This document shows positions 1 to 9,657 of a stretch of 64,000 nucleotides of DNA, piece by piece. This DNA comes from Desulfosoma sp. Its GTDB lineage: Bacteria; Desulfobacterota; Syntrophobacteria; Syntrophobacterales; DSM-9756. Under the pieces are notes generated by a model. It was not told the origin of the DNA. It searched no databases and was given only the letters and a program-made list of their open reading frames with translations. Location of the stretch: positions 32,001-96,000 of the forward strand of contig JBBFKW010000017.1 of the NCBI GenBank assembly GCA_037481835.1, read 5' to 3'. Both the position numbers and the translations under genes were made by a program. Numbering within the stretch: position 1 is the stretch's first letter; each line of letters begins with the position of its first letter.

Positions 1-527
1 ACAGCGGCGGCGTCTTGGATATCCCGGAAGCCCACCACCAGCTGGTCCGCCCCGGCATCATGCTCTACGGCTCTTCACCTTCCGACGAAATCCGCGATCC
101 GGCTCCCCTGCGGCCCGTCATGGCCTTCAAAACAAAGATCCTCCAGATCAAACGGGTCCCGGCGGGCCAAAGCATCGGCTACGGAAGGACCTTCGTCTGC
201 CCCCGGCAGATGCGCATCGCCACCGTCGCCGCCGGCTACGACGACGGCTATCCCCGGGTGCTTTCCAATCGGGGTGAGGCTTTGGTGCGCGGCGCTCGCG
301 CCCCCATCGTCGGGCGGGTTTCCATGAACCTCATCACCCTCGATGTGACCCATATTCCCGAAGCCGCCGAAGACGACGAGGTCGTCCTCCTGGGCGCTCA
401 AGGATCCGAAAGAATCACGGCCGAAGAAATCGCCCAGAAGGCCGGAACCATCAGCTATGAAATCTATTGCGCCGTCGGGAAGAATCCTCAGCGCCTTTTC
501 CGCAACCGGACCAACGGGCTTGCGTGA
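1..527 (+). CDS. alr: alanine racemase, C-terminal part (5' end outside window)
   Basis: VRPGIMLYG, SIGYGRTF, GYDDGYPR, IVGRVSMN, GTISYEI motifs; frame open to window edge. Confidence 0.95.
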   Translation, partial: SGGVLDIPEAHHQLVRPGIMLYGSSPSDEIRDPAPLRPVMAFKTKILQIKRVPAGQSIGYGRTFVCPRQMRIATVAAGYDDGYPRVLSNRGEALVRGARAPIVGRVSMNLITLDVTHIPEAAEDDEVVLLGAQGSERITAEEIAQKAGTISYEIYCAVGKNPQRLFRNRTNGLA

Positions 528-601
528 GCCGGCACGGCGCATTATAAAGGCACGCTTTACAGAGGATTCGCCATGTTTTTCCGTTGAGGAGGACAACCGT
601 C

Positions 602-2275
602 ATGAGTCTCGTTCGATCCCGACTGCACGCCATGATTCATCGGGCGGCACGATCGCTCTTGCAGGATCAGGGCATTGGCAACGAAGAAGACCTTGTGCTG
701 GAACTGGAAATCCCCAAGATCGCCGACCACGGCGATTATGCCACCAACGCCGCCATGACCCTCACCCGGCTTCTTCGCAAAAACCCCAGAACCATCGCCC
801 AGGATCTCGTCGAACGCATGGACGGCCGGGACGATCTTTTGACAAAAATGGAGATCGCCGGGCCCGGCTTCATCAATTTCTTCGTGCGCCCCGAACTCTG
901 GAGCGATATCCTGCGCACCATCCATGCCGAAAAGGACATTTTCGGCCGACAGGATTTCGGGAAAGGCACACGGGTCCAGGTGGAGTTTGTGAGCGCCAAC
1001 CCCACGGGCCCGCTCCACATCGGCCACGGTCGAGGGGCCGCCGTCGGGGACGTGCTCGCCAACATCCTGAAAACCTGCGGCTACACGGTCGATAAGGAAT
1101 ACTACATCAACGACACCGGAAAACAGATGGACACCCTGGGCCGCAGCCTCTACCTGCGCTATTTGGAATGCCTGGGTCGGGTTGTGAATTTTCCCGACGA
1201 CCATTACAAGGGCGACTACATGAAGGATTTGGCCCGGGAGGTTGTGGAGCGCTTCGGGGACCGATACCTGGACGTTGCCGAAGAGGAGGCTCTCCCCTTT
1301 TTCACGAAGTATGCGGGGGATCGCATTCTGGAAGGCATCCGGGAAGATCTGGAAGTTTTCGGGGTCAAACACGACATTTGGTTCAGCGAACGGACGCTCC
1401 ACGAAGACGGCGCGCTCATGAGAACCATCGAAGCGTTGGAACAAAGCGGAATGATCTACGAACAGGACGGGGCCAAGTGGTTTCGCAGCACGGCCTACGG
1501 GGACGAAAAGGACCGCGTGGTGGTGCGGGCCAACGGTGTAACGACCTATTTCGCCGCGGATCTGGCCTATCACAAGAATAAATATGAACGGCACTACGAT
1601 CTGGTCATCGACATCTGGGGGGCGGACCATCACGGCTATGTGCCGCGAATGCTGGCGGGCGTTCAGGCTCTGGGCCGTCGTGCGACGGATCTGCGCATCA
1701 TCCTCGTGCAGCTCGTGAACCTGCTGCGCGGAGGAAAGCCTGTGGCCATGTCCACGCGAGCCGGCGAGTTCGTCACGCTGCGGGAAGTGGTGGACGAGGT
1801 GGGAAAAGACGCCGCCCGATTCATCTTCCTCACCCGCCGCTCCGACAGTCCCCTGGATTTCGACCTGGAAACGGCCAAAAAACACAGCAACGACAACCCC
1901 GTCTATTACGTCCAGTATGCCCATGCGCGGCTGTGCAGTGTCTTCGAAGTGGCCAAAGAGCGCGGCGTGCCCACATCATGGGACGTGCCCCCGAACTTAA
2001 GCCGGCTCACCGAACCCGCCGAATGGGACCTCATGAAGCAGCTGGGGGAATTCCCTTACGTTTTGGAAACCGCGGCCCGCAATCTGGAGCCGCATCGGGT
2101 TCCCTACTACCTGACGGATCTGGTTTCGGCTTTTCACAGCTATTACAACCATAACCGGATCTTGAGCGAGGATGCGGAACTGACCCAGGCTCGCCTTTAC
2201 CTCGCCGACGCCCTGAGAACGGTCATCCGAAACGGGCTCGCCGTGCTCGGGGTTTCGGCGCCGCAAAAAATGTGA
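602..2275 (+). CDS. argS: arginine--tRNA ligase
   Basis: HGDYATNAAM, VEFVSANPTGPLHIGHGRGA (HIGH), WGADHHGY, MSTRAG, YYVQYAHAR; GAGGAGGA RBS before ATG 602. Confidence 0.97.
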   Translation: MSLVRSRLHAMIHRAARSLLQDQGIGNEEDLVLELEIPKIADHGDYATNAAMTLTRLLRKNPRTIAQDLVERMDGRDDLLTKMEIAGPGFINFFVRPELWSDILRTIHAEKDIFGRQDFGKGTRVQVEFVSANPTGPLHIGHGRGAAVGDVLANILKTCGYTVDKEYYINDTGKQMDTLGRSLYLRYLECLGRVVNFPDDHYKGDYMKDLAREVVERFGDRYLDVAEEEALPFFTKYAGDRILEGIREDLEVFGVKHDIWFSERTLHEDGALMRTIEALEQSGMIYEQDGAKWFRSTAYGDEKDRVVVRANGVTTYFAADLAYHKNKYERHYDLVIDIWGADHHGYVPRMLAGVQALGRRATDLRIILVQLVNLLRGGKPVAMSTRAGEFVTLREVVDEVGKDAARFIFLTRRSDSPLDFDLETAKKHSNDNPVYYVQYAHARLCSVFEVAKERGVPTSWDVPPNLSRLTEPAEWDLMKQLGEFPYVLETAARNLEPHRVPYYLTDLVSAFHSYYNHNRILSEDAELTQARLYLADALRTVIRNGLAVLGVSAPQKM

Positions 2276-2326
2276 CGGGGCGAAAGGAGCGCGCATTAGG
2301 GCGCCGCATGTCGAGGAGTGCCGATC

Positions 2327-3079
2327 ATGAGCCGCCTCAAGGATCGCATCCATCAATACGAGGAAGAAAACGAACCCCGCCGCATACGGGTGCAGTTGAC
2401 CGGGGTGCAGGCCTTTGTGTGCGTCCTTGTTTTCTTCTTTTCTTTGACGTGCGTGTTCGTGGCCGGCGTTTTGACGGGTCGCGGCGTTTCGAGGGAAGCT
2501 CGGGAATCCACCACGGTCCAGGGCGCGCTGTACCGCCTTTTGGGGCTGCGCCCGGCAGTGGAAGAACCCGTGGACAACGCCTCCGAAACCTGGATCCCTG
2601 CAGAAAAGATTTTGGCCACCTTGGAATCGGAAAAGGAACTCGCGACGGTCCAGAAACCGGGGTCGTCCAAGACTGCGCCGACGGCCCTTCCGGCTTCCCC
2701 GGCCGGAAAACCCCCGGCTCCTTCTCCGAGTTCCGAAACCCCGAACTTCGCGGAACAACCCCCGCCCCTTTCGGGGCAGGAAGAGCCGCCGGAGACGGCC
2801 CTGCCCACACCGCCCGCTTCCGGATCCTATGCTTTGATGGTGGCTTCCATGCGCCGCCAGGAAAACGCCGTCGCCCTCCTGGACCGCCTCAAGAAAAAAG
2901 GCCATAAGGCGGCCATGGAACGGATCGCCGTCAGCGACCAGGACGTGTGGTATCGCGTGATCCTCGGCGGGTTCGACACCCGGCAAAAAGCCCTGGAATA
3001 CGCCGCCCGCCTCAATAAGGAAGAAAAACTCGAAGCCATCGTCATCCGCCGGGAGTCCTCCGGCACCACGGACAACTAG
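2327..3079 (+). CDS. SPOR-domain membrane protein (FtsN/DedD-like)
   Basis: N-terminal TM helix, Pro-rich linker, C-terminal SPOR-like domain (YALMVASMRRQENA...WYRVILGGF); usual position after argS; GAGGAG RBS. Confidence 0.85.
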   Translation: MSRLKDRIHQYEEENEPRRIRVQLTGVQAFVCVLVFFFSLTCVFVAGVLTGRGVSREARESTTVQGALYRLLGLRPAVEEPVDNASETWIPAEKILATLESEKELATVQKPGSSKTAPTALPASPAGKPPAPSPSSETPNFAEQPPPLSGQEEPPETALPTPPASGSYALMVASMRRQENAVALLDRLKKKGHKAAMERIAVSDQDVWYRVILGGFDTRQKALEYAARLNKEEKLEAIVIRRESSGTTDN

Positions 3080-3121
3080 GAGCTTATCCGATAAGGGTAA
3101 ATTCCCATGGGCCGACCTCTT

Positions 3122-3194
3122 CCGTCATCCCCGCGAAAGCAGGGATCCAGAATTGTCAGCACCTTGTGGACCCCCGCTTGCGCGAAAGTGACGG
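3122..3194. repeat. inverted pair of CGTC-type REP-like palindromes
   Basis: ccgtcatccccgcgaaagcagggatccag (3122-3150) and its degenerate inverse tggacccccgcttgcgcgaaagtgacgg (3167-3194). Confidence 0.7.
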
Positions 3195-3275
3195 TTTGAC
3201 GGGGTCTCGAGCAGGCGGGTCTCGAGTTCCCCCCTTGTCGTGACAGCGCGACACGTGAGCGCGCACGCCATTTGT

Positions 3276-3429
3276 GTTGGGGTTCGCTGCGCTCACCCCA
3301 ACCTACAGCCAGCCAACGTCCTTGAATAAACTCGTAGGTTGGGGTGAGCGAAGCGAACCCCAACCCACATTCGCTGGCCAACGTCCTTGAATAAACTCGT
3401 AGGTTGGGGTGAGCGAAGCGAACCCCAAC
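3276..3429. repeat. cluster of three GTAG-type REP palindromes
   Basis: GTAGGTTGGGGTGAGCGAAGCGAACCCCAAC at 3334-3364 and 3399-3429 (inside an exact 53-bp direct repeat, 65-bp period) and inverted at 3276-3306. Confidence 0.9.
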
Positions 3430-3449
3430 ACAGACCTGGATCCGGCGAG

Positions 3450-3585
3450 ACAACGAAGAATTAAAATTATGTAATTCCGGTCTGTTACAGAGACTCTCTT
3501 ATAAAACCCCCATCACGGGCAGCCCGTGACAACGAAGGATGGAACTCTTGTAGTTCGGGTATCTTACATAGACTCTCATATAAAA
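3450..3585. repeat. degenerate AT-rich 57-bp direct repeat, two copies
   Basis: 3450-3506 vs 3529-3585, 45/57 identical ungapped by manual alignment. Confidence 0.75.
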
Positions 3586-3602
3586 GCGGCCGATTGGCCG
3601 CT
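3582..3602 (-). terminator. probable intrinsic terminator after the GNAT gene
   Basis: minus strand AGCGGCC-AATC-GGCCGCT followed by a short T run. Confidence 0.5.
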
Positions 3603-3630
3603 GTCCCACACGCTTAAAACCCCACGCCTT

Positions 3631-4767
3631 TCAGCGGATGAGCCGCCCCCCTTCCTCCGGGGGCGGCCCTCCGTATCGGCCGAGAATGGAATGGGCCGTG
3701 CGGGTTTCTTCTTCCCCGTAAAACTTGATGTAGTGCTGCACCGAGGTGGTTTCAAAGCCGCGGTACGTCTTGTGTTCCCCCCCGAAGCCCGGGTCGAGGA
3801 CCTGGATCCCCTGGGCGATGGCATAGCGGATGGGCTGGTAATAACAGACGGCGAAGTGGAGAAAGGGGACCTGATCGTAGCTTCCCCAGTAGCGGCCGTA
3901 GAGGTGATCCCCTTTGCGATAAAAGAGGGCCAGAGCCAAAAGATCGCGACCTCGGTGAGCGACTGAAAAAAGGATCCGGTGCCGAAACAGGCGCCCCAGC
4001 GTGCGGAAAAACTCCCTGTTGAGAAACGGGCGCACCTCGTCGCCCATGTACTTTTTCCAGGTCAGGCCATACAGGTCGTATATGACGTCGTAATAATCTT
4101 CCGGGGCGTCTTCTCCGGCTACCATCGCCAAACGAATGCCTTCCGCTTCGATGTCTCGCATTTCCCGGCGAATCTTGTGCCGCCGCGGGGATCGAAAATC
4201 CTGGAGGAAATCGTCGAAAGCCCTGTAGCCTTTGTTGCGCCACAGACAATAATCGCTTCGCAGGCCGACGAACCCTTTGAGCAGCAAGGCTTCGTGGAGG
4301 CCCGGGGCGGGATCGCAAAAGAAGTAGATCCGACACGTGGCAAACCCGCGAGTCTCGCACACGAAGTCCACGTATTCCCCGACAATGCTATAGACTTTCA
4401 CGGGATCGTGTTCGGAACCGTACAGGAACTGGTAGGCCGGCACCGGCGTCAAGGGCACCGTGGCCATGAGTCCCACGTAGTAGGGATAGCCGGTCAGTTC
4501 CCCGAGGAAGCGCAACAAGCCGCCGTCGCCGAATTCCACCCACGGGCGCACCCGTTCGTAAAGCGGCGCGATGGCCATGATCTTTCCGTCTTCATAGGCC
4601 AGAATGTGACGCGGCACAAAGCCCCGTTCCGGGGTCAGCACGCCGGAACGTTCCAGGCAATACAGGTATTCCCACTCCATCATGGGAGCGGCGTTTCGAC
4701 TCAGGCGGTTCCACACGGCCGGATCCACCCTCTCGACACCGGAAACCATTTCAAAGCGCACAGCCAT
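3631..4767 (-). CDS. GNAT/FemAB-like peptidoglycan biosynthesis/recognition family protein (DUF482-like)
   Basis: PLTPVP, WRNKGYRAFDDFL, LYGRYWG, LHFAVCYYQPI, GFGGEHK motifs. Confidence 0.85.
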   Translation of the reverse strand: MAVRFEMVSGVERVDPAVWNRLSRNAAPMMEWEYLYCLERSGVLTPERGFVPRHILAYEDGKIMAIAPLYERVRPWVEFGDGGLLRFLGELTGYPYYVGLMATVPLTPVPAYQFLYGSEHDPVKVYSIVGEYVDFVCETRGFATCRIYFFCDPAPGLHEALLLKGFVGLRSDYCLWRNKGYRAFDDFLQDFRSPRRHKIRREMRDIEAEGIRLAMVAGEDAPEDYYDVIYDLYGLTWKKYMGDEVRPFLNREFFRTLGRLFRHRILFSVAHRGRDLLALALFYRKGDHLYGRYWGSYDQVPFLHFAVCYYQPIRYAIAQGIQVLDPGFGGEHKTYRGFETTSVQHYIKFYGEEETRTAHSILGRYGGPPPEEGGRLIR

Positions 4768-4935
4768 CGCTCCAAGCCCCTCCGTGTCGGCCCTTATGGT
4801 GCGCCGATCCTATTCCAGGAGCCTGCTCAGGTCAACGGACAGGAAGGTTCTTTGCGAAGCGGCCAAAAGATTGTATGGTGCGTCCCGGCCTGTTTCGGCT
4901 CATGAAAAAGACCGTGCCCACAAGGAGCAACCCCG

Positions 4936-6318
4936 ATGAGTCTGACGGACATCTTCCAAAAGATCGATTCCAACCACGACCGCTACGTGAGGGAACTCAA
5001 GGAACTCCTGGCGATCCCCAGCGTCAGCACGTACTCCCACCAGCGGGGTGACGTGCGCCGTGCCGCCGAATGGGTGCTCAACCACTGCAAAAGAATCGGC
5101 CTCGAAGCCCGTCTCCACGACACCGGAGGCCACCCCGTGGTGCTCGCATCCCGGTGCCCCCACCCGGGCCGTCCCACCCTGCTCATCTACGGCCATTACG
5201 ACGTGCAGCCTGCGGAACCGGAGGAAGAATGGAACACGGCGCCTTTCAAGCCCACCGTGCGCGACGGGTTCCTCTACGCCCGAGGCGCCAGCGACGATAA
5301 AGGGCAGTTTTTCACTTATCTCAAAGCCCTCGAGGTCATCCTGGCGGTCAAAGGGGATCTTCCCATCAATGTGAAGATCCTCGTGGAAGGGGAAGAAGAA
5401 ATCGGCAGCCCCCATCTGGGCGCGTTTCTGGAAAAGAACCGCGAGGAGCTGCGCGCCGACGCCATCGCCATTTCCGACGGCTCCCAGTTTTCCGAAGACA
5501 TCCCGGCCATCACCTACGGCCTTCGCGGCCTTTCTTACGTCCAGCTCAACGTTCAGGGGCCTCGAACGGATCTCCACTCCGGATCTTTCGGCGGCATCGC
5601 CCCCAATCCCGTCAACGGCCTGGTGTCCATCTTGGCTCAATTGAAAAATCCCGACGGAACGGTCGCCGTGCCCGGGTTCTACGACACCGTGGCGCCCTTG
5701 GAACCCTGGGAGCGGGAGGCCATGAAGGCTTTGCCCTTTGACGAAGAAAGGCTCAAAGCCTATCTCGGTCTGGAAAGCCTCTGCGAAGAACCGGGATACA
5801 GCGCTCTGGAATCCAAAACGGCGCGGCCGACCCTAGACATCAACGGCATCTCGGGCGGGTTTTCGGGAGAAGGCGCCAAGACGGTCATTCCGGCCAAGGC
5901 GGGGGCCAAGGTGAGCATGCGGCTGGTGCCCAATCAGAAGCCTCAAGAAATCGCCGCCCTTTTTACCCGCTACGTCATGGAACTCTGCCCCCGCGAAGTG
6001 CGCCTCCAGGTGGAAGCCCTCCACGGCGCCGAACCCGTGCTCGTCTCCCGCGATCTGCCTCAGATGCAGGCGGCCGTTCGCGCGATCCGGGCGGGCTTCG
6101 GGGTCGCCCCCGTTTTCATCCGCGAAGGGGGATCCATTCCCATCGTCAATCTGTTCAAGGAAATTCTCGGCTTGGAGGCGATTCTCTTGCTGGGCTGGGG
6201 ACGCCCTGACGACGGCGCTCACGCCCCCAATGAACGATTTTCTCTCGAGGACTTCAAAAAGGGAATCCGTTCCGCCGCCGCCCTATTCTTCGAATTGCAC
6301 GCGTGCTGCTGCCCTTGA
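4936..6318 (+). CDS. M20 family dipeptidase
   Basis: YGHYDVQPA, ARGASDDKGQ, EGEEEIGS, DLHSG, GGSIP, HAPNE. Confidence 0.92.
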   Translation: MSLTDIFQKIDSNHDRYVRELKELLAIPSVSTYSHQRGDVRRAAEWVLNHCKRIGLEARLHDTGGHPVVLASRCPHPGRPTLLIYGHYDVQPAEPEEEWNTAPFKPTVRDGFLYARGASDDKGQFFTYLKALEVILAVKGDLPINVKILVEGEEEIGSPHLGAFLEKNREELRADAIAISDGSQFSEDIPAITYGLRGLSYVQLNVQGPRTDLHSGSFGGIAPNPVNGLVSILAQLKNPDGTVAVPGFYDTVAPLEPWEREAMKALPFDEERLKAYLGLESLCEEPGYSALESKTARPTLDINGISGGFSGEGAKTVIPAKAGAKVSMRLVPNQKPQEIAALFTRYVMELCPREVRLQVEALHGAEPVLVSRDLPQMQAAVRAIRAGFGVAPVFIREGGSIPIVNLFKEILGLEAILLLGWGRPDDGAHAPNERFSLEDFKKGIRSAAALFFELHACCCP

Positions 6319-6321
6319 GGG

Positions 6322-6615
6322 CTAGTGGCGGTCGCCGTCGTGGAGCACCAGGGGTTTTTGATCGCCGTAGGCGACGCGGATTTCTTCCAGGAGCTGGTTC
6401 GTCGCCTGCTCGATGCGCGTGACGTCCTGCTCGCTGACGTTTTCGTCCGACACGTGCCTGAGCGATTCCTTGAGGCGAAGGAACTGCTTGATGACTTCCG
6501 GGCGGATTTTCCCTTCTCCCAAGTGGTTATTCAACTCAAGGATGGTATTGACACAGCTTTCCACCCGCGCTCGAAAATGTTTCGAGCGCTGGGAATCCCC
6601 CCCACGACGGAACAT
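6322..6615 (-). CDS. hypothetical helical protein (97 aa)
   Basis: ATG ORF directly downstream of, and co-oriented with, 6636-7295; plausible amphipathic helices. Confidence 0.65.
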   Translation of the reverse strand: MFRRGGDSQRSKHFRARVESCVNTILELNNHLGEGKIRPEVIKQFLRLKESLRHVSDENVSEQDVTRIEQATNQLLEEIRVAYGDQKPLVLHDGDRH

Positions 6616-6635
6616 CCGAGTCCAGGATTTGCGGA

Positions 6636-7295
6636 TCAGAGCTGCCCCCTTTCTTCCAAGGCTTCCTTAAAGAGACGATAAAAGCTGCGCGCGCTCTTGA
6701 GTTCCCTGTGCAATACCGGCTGCATTTTCACCAAGTCATCCGTGTGGATGACCAGATCCACCTCTTTTCGAAAAGCGGCCAAAGAATCCATGGTGCGCTC
6801 TCGAGGGCTCACGAGGCAGGTGAAAAGGGTGCGTCGTTGCGTCATGGGCAGGGCCTTCAGGAAATCGACGAGGACATGGCGGCGGTCCTTGTCGTCGAGA
6901 GGTTCTCCCATCACGAGCACCTCGTAGGCCCCCTGGCGCAGCCTTCGCACCGCGCGATCAGGATCGTCTTCCACGTAGGGCTGAAAGCCCATTTCTTTAA
7001 GTTCTCGGACGACGGTGGCCTGATGCCCGGCGTCGGCAAGACAGACAAGCGCCGCTCTCACCCCGCCTTCCAGGACGTCCAGGAAGGTCTCGTCATCGTC
7101 CGCGCTCCTTTCCGCCGTGAGCACCTCATCGAGCGGCGGCGGGGCCGAGTCAGCCTCTTCCGGTGCGGCTGTGCGCACCACAATCGCATGGCGGCATCGG
7201 GGGCACTGGACGCGGAAGGACTTGACCTGAGGGATCTTTTCATCGGGCAGGTTGAGGGACGCTCGGCATTGTTCGCACGTAATCTTCACGGGCAT
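6636..7295 (-). CDS. zinc-ribbon (MJ0042-like finger) protein with degenerate receiver-like domain
   Basis: MPVKITCEQC...VQCPRC N-terminus; C-terminal alternating beta/alpha pattern like CheY; AAAGGA RBS. Confidence 0.8.
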   Translation of the reverse strand: MPVKITCEQCRASLNLPDEKIPQVKSFRVQCPRCRHAIVVRTAAPEEADSAPPPLDEVLTAERSADDDETFLDVLEGGVRAALVCLADAGHQATVVRELKEMGFQPYVEDDPDRAVRRLRQGAYEVLVMGEPLDDKDRRHVLVDFLKALPMTQRRTLFTCLVSPRERTMDSLAAFRKEVDLVIHTDDLVKMQPVLHRELKSARSFYRLFKEALEERGQL

Positions 7296-7505
7296 CGGTC
7301 CTTTGCTTTCGGATGGAAGAGCCCTCCAAACCCTACACGTCTGTTGTGTTTTTATGCGAAATGCCGCCCTCGGGTCAACCCGCTCTTGTTCGGCCGCCAC
7401 CCCCCAGAGAGACCACACCCCCAATCTCGTTTCACGGTCGCCGAGGGCTCCGTCGAGGCGGTTTCGCCCTCGATTCGGATCGAGGGGAAGGACGATGGGC
7501 GGTTT

Positions 7506-8828
7506 TCAGGCCGACGGGCGGTTTCGCGCGCCCATGCGGACGTGGACGGACCGGGCGTGGGCATCCAGCCGTTCCAAGGCCGCCAGGGCCGCCACAGCCG
7601 ATGCGTCCCGGGCGAAAGCCTCCCGGGTGTAGGCGAGAACCGTCGTCTTTTTGACAAACGTTTCCACGCCCAAGGCTGAGGCGAATCGGGCCGTGCCGCT
7701 TGTGGGCAGCACGTGGTTGGGCCCGGCGAAGTAGTCCCCCAGGGCTTCGGGCGTGTGAGCCCCCATGAAGACGGCACCGGCGTTATGCACCCGCGGCAGG
7801 AGCGCCCAAGGGTCTTCCACGATCAGTTCCAGATGTTCCGGAGCCAAGCGGTTGGTCACCTCCACGGCTTCCTCCAGGTTTGTCGTCCGGATGACAGCCC
7901 CGTAGCGGGAAAGGGCCTCCCGAGCGACCTCCTGCCGGGGAAGTTCTTTCGTTTGGGCGTCCAAGGCCGCCAGGACCCCCTTGACGAGCTCGGCGTCATC
8001 GGTGAGGCACACCGCGCTGGCCATGGGGTCATGCTCCGCCTGGCTCAAGAGATCCGCCGCGACGACGTTCGGATCCGCCGTCCTGTCCGCGATGACCACC
8101 ACTTCGCTGGGGCCGGCCAACCCGTCGATTCCCACGCGGCCCGAAACCATTTTTTTCGCCAGCGTCACGTAAATGTTTCCCGGCCCGACCACAACATCCA
8201 CGGGAGGAACGCTTTCCGTGCCGTAGGCCAGAGCCGCCACGGCCCAGGCGCTCCCCACCTTGTGAATGCGATGAACCCCGGCCTCCTTTGCGGCGACAAG
8301 CAAATAGGGGTTGAGCGTCCCGTCTCGGCGCGGCGGAGTCACCATGGCGATGTCAGAGACCCCGGCCACCACGGCAGGCACGGCGGTCATGAGCACCGTG
8401 GACACCAGGGGCGTCTCGCCGCCTTGTCCTCCAGGCACATAGAGTCCCGCCGCCGATACCGGCCGCACCATTTGGCCCATGTAGCAGCCATCGGAACGGG
8501 TCATGAACCAGGACGACGCCCTCTGGTGCTCATGAAAACGGCGAATGTTGTCTCGAGCCTTTCGGATGACGTCCACGAGTCCGGGCTCGACGGTTTCGTA
8601 GGCTTTATCGATCTCCTGGGCGCCTACCCCAATCCCGGTCTTGGTGAAATCCGGCGCGTCGAACCGCCTCGTAAAATCCACCAAGGCCTCATCGCCGTCC
8701 CGTCGAACCGCCTCCAGGATCTCTCGGACCCGGTTTTCCAGGTCCGGGTCCACAACCACCTGCCGCTCCGTCACCGCGCTCAGAAACCGCTCGGCCTCTG
8801 CGGACGGATAGATCAAAACCGGCACCAT
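7506..8828 (-). CDS. hisD: histidinol dehydrogenase
   Basis: GLYVPGG, GPGNIYV, AGPSEV, DLLSQAEHD, APEHLEL, GDYFAGPNHVLPT. Confidence 0.97.
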   Translation of the reverse strand: MVPVLIYPSAEAERFLSAVTERQVVVDPDLENRVREILEAVRRDGDEALVDFTRRFDAPDFTKTGIGVGAQEIDKAYETVEPGLVDVIRKARDNIRRFHEHQRASSWFMTRSDGCYMGQMVRPVSAAGLYVPGGQGGETPLVSTVLMTAVPAVVAGVSDIAMVTPPRRDGTLNPYLLVAAKEAGVHRIHKVGSAWAVAALAYGTESVPPVDVVVGPGNIYVTLAKKMVSGRVGIDGLAGPSEVVVIADRTADPNVVAADLLSQAEHDPMASAVCLTDDAELVKGVLAALDAQTKELPRQEVAREALSRYGAVIRTTNLEEAVEVTNRLAPEHLELIVEDPWALLPRVHNAGAVFMGAHTPEALGDYFAGPNHVLPTSGTARFASALGVETFVKKTTVLAYTREAFARDASAVAALAALERLDAHARSVHVRMGARNRPSA

Positions 8829-8829
8829 C

Positions 8830-9636
8830 TCACTGCCCCTCCAAAGCGATCACGAAGGCATCGCGATAGCCGTTGCGTTGCAAGGTTTCCATGGACTGCA
8901 TCGCGCGGTCCAGATCGGGGAAGGCCCCCAGCTGCACCCTGTAGAAGGCCGTGCCGTTGATCAAAGCCGTGCGCACGGCGGCCGAGCCATATCGCTTGTC
9001 CATTTCTTTTTTCAGGCGCTGGGCGTTATCGGCGTTTTGAAAGGATCCCACCTGGACGACGAAAGGCCCTTGCCGATAGGGGCGCACAGGGTCCACCTGC
9101 CATGACGGACCCGATCCGGCAACCATCACGGGGGTGGTTACGCGAACCGCTTCCACGACCACCGGAGCGAGCCCGTCGTTATGGATGCCCAAAGCGCGCG
9201 CCGCCTCATAGGACAAATCGATGATGCGGCCCGCCACGAAAGGCCCGCGATCGTTGATCCGCACGATGATGGAGCGCCCCGTCCTTTTGTCCGTCACTTT
9301 GACGTGCGTCCCGATGGGAAGGATCTTGTGGGCGGCCGTCATGGCGTACATGTCGAAGGGTTCGCCGCACGCCGTGGCCCGGCCGTGAAAATCCCGGCCG
9401 TACCAACTGGCGTAGCCTTCTTCCCGGAACCCTTCGGCGCTGGGGATGGGGTAATACCACACGCCGTTGATCTGATACGGTCTTTGCGTGCCCAACGGGG
9501 GGGGAGTCCCCGGAGGAAGGGTGCCGGGCGAGGGAGGTTTTTTGGACGCACAGCCCGCACCCAACACGACCACGGCCACAAGGACCGCCACGGCCGCCGC
9601 CGAAGCCGCCCCGTTTTTGGGTGTGTTTCGCCCCAT
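8830..9636 (-). CDS. rlpA: septal ring lytic transglycosylase RlpA family lipoprotein with SPOR domain
   Basis: lipobox-like [32 protein letters not shown]-terminal SPOR (VQVGSF...YRVQLG). Confidence 0.93.
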   Translation of the reverse strand: MGRNTPKNGAASAAAVAVLVAVVVLGAGCASKKPPSPGTLPPGTPPPLGTQRPYQINGVWYYPIPSAEGFREEGYASWYGRDFHGRATACGEPFDMYAMTAAHKILPIGTHVKVTDKRTGRSIIVRINDRGPFVAGRIIDLSYEAARALGIHNDGLAPVVVEAVRVTTPVMVAGSGPSWQVDPVRPYRQGPFVVQVGSFQNADNAQRLKKEMDKRYGSAAVRTALINGTAFYRVQLGAFPDLDRAMQSMETLQRNGYRDAFVIALEGQ

Positions 9637-9657
9637 CCCCTCCCCCGTGATTCGGTC

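Noticed and set aside
3276..3429. 65-bp-period repeats as a CRISPR array
   Set aside because: Only two direct copies, spacers largely identical, one copy inverted, dispersed copies elsewhere and no cas genes; fits REP
3076..3453. 125-aa ORF and similar 31468-31665, 31587-31895 ORFs
   Set aside because: They are translations of REP repeats
6300..6318. CCCP-TGA end of the M20 peptidase as a metal tag or selenocysteine read-through
   Set aside because: An in-frame TAG follows within a few codons, a convergent gene ends 3 bp away, and no SECIS-like hairpin is evident
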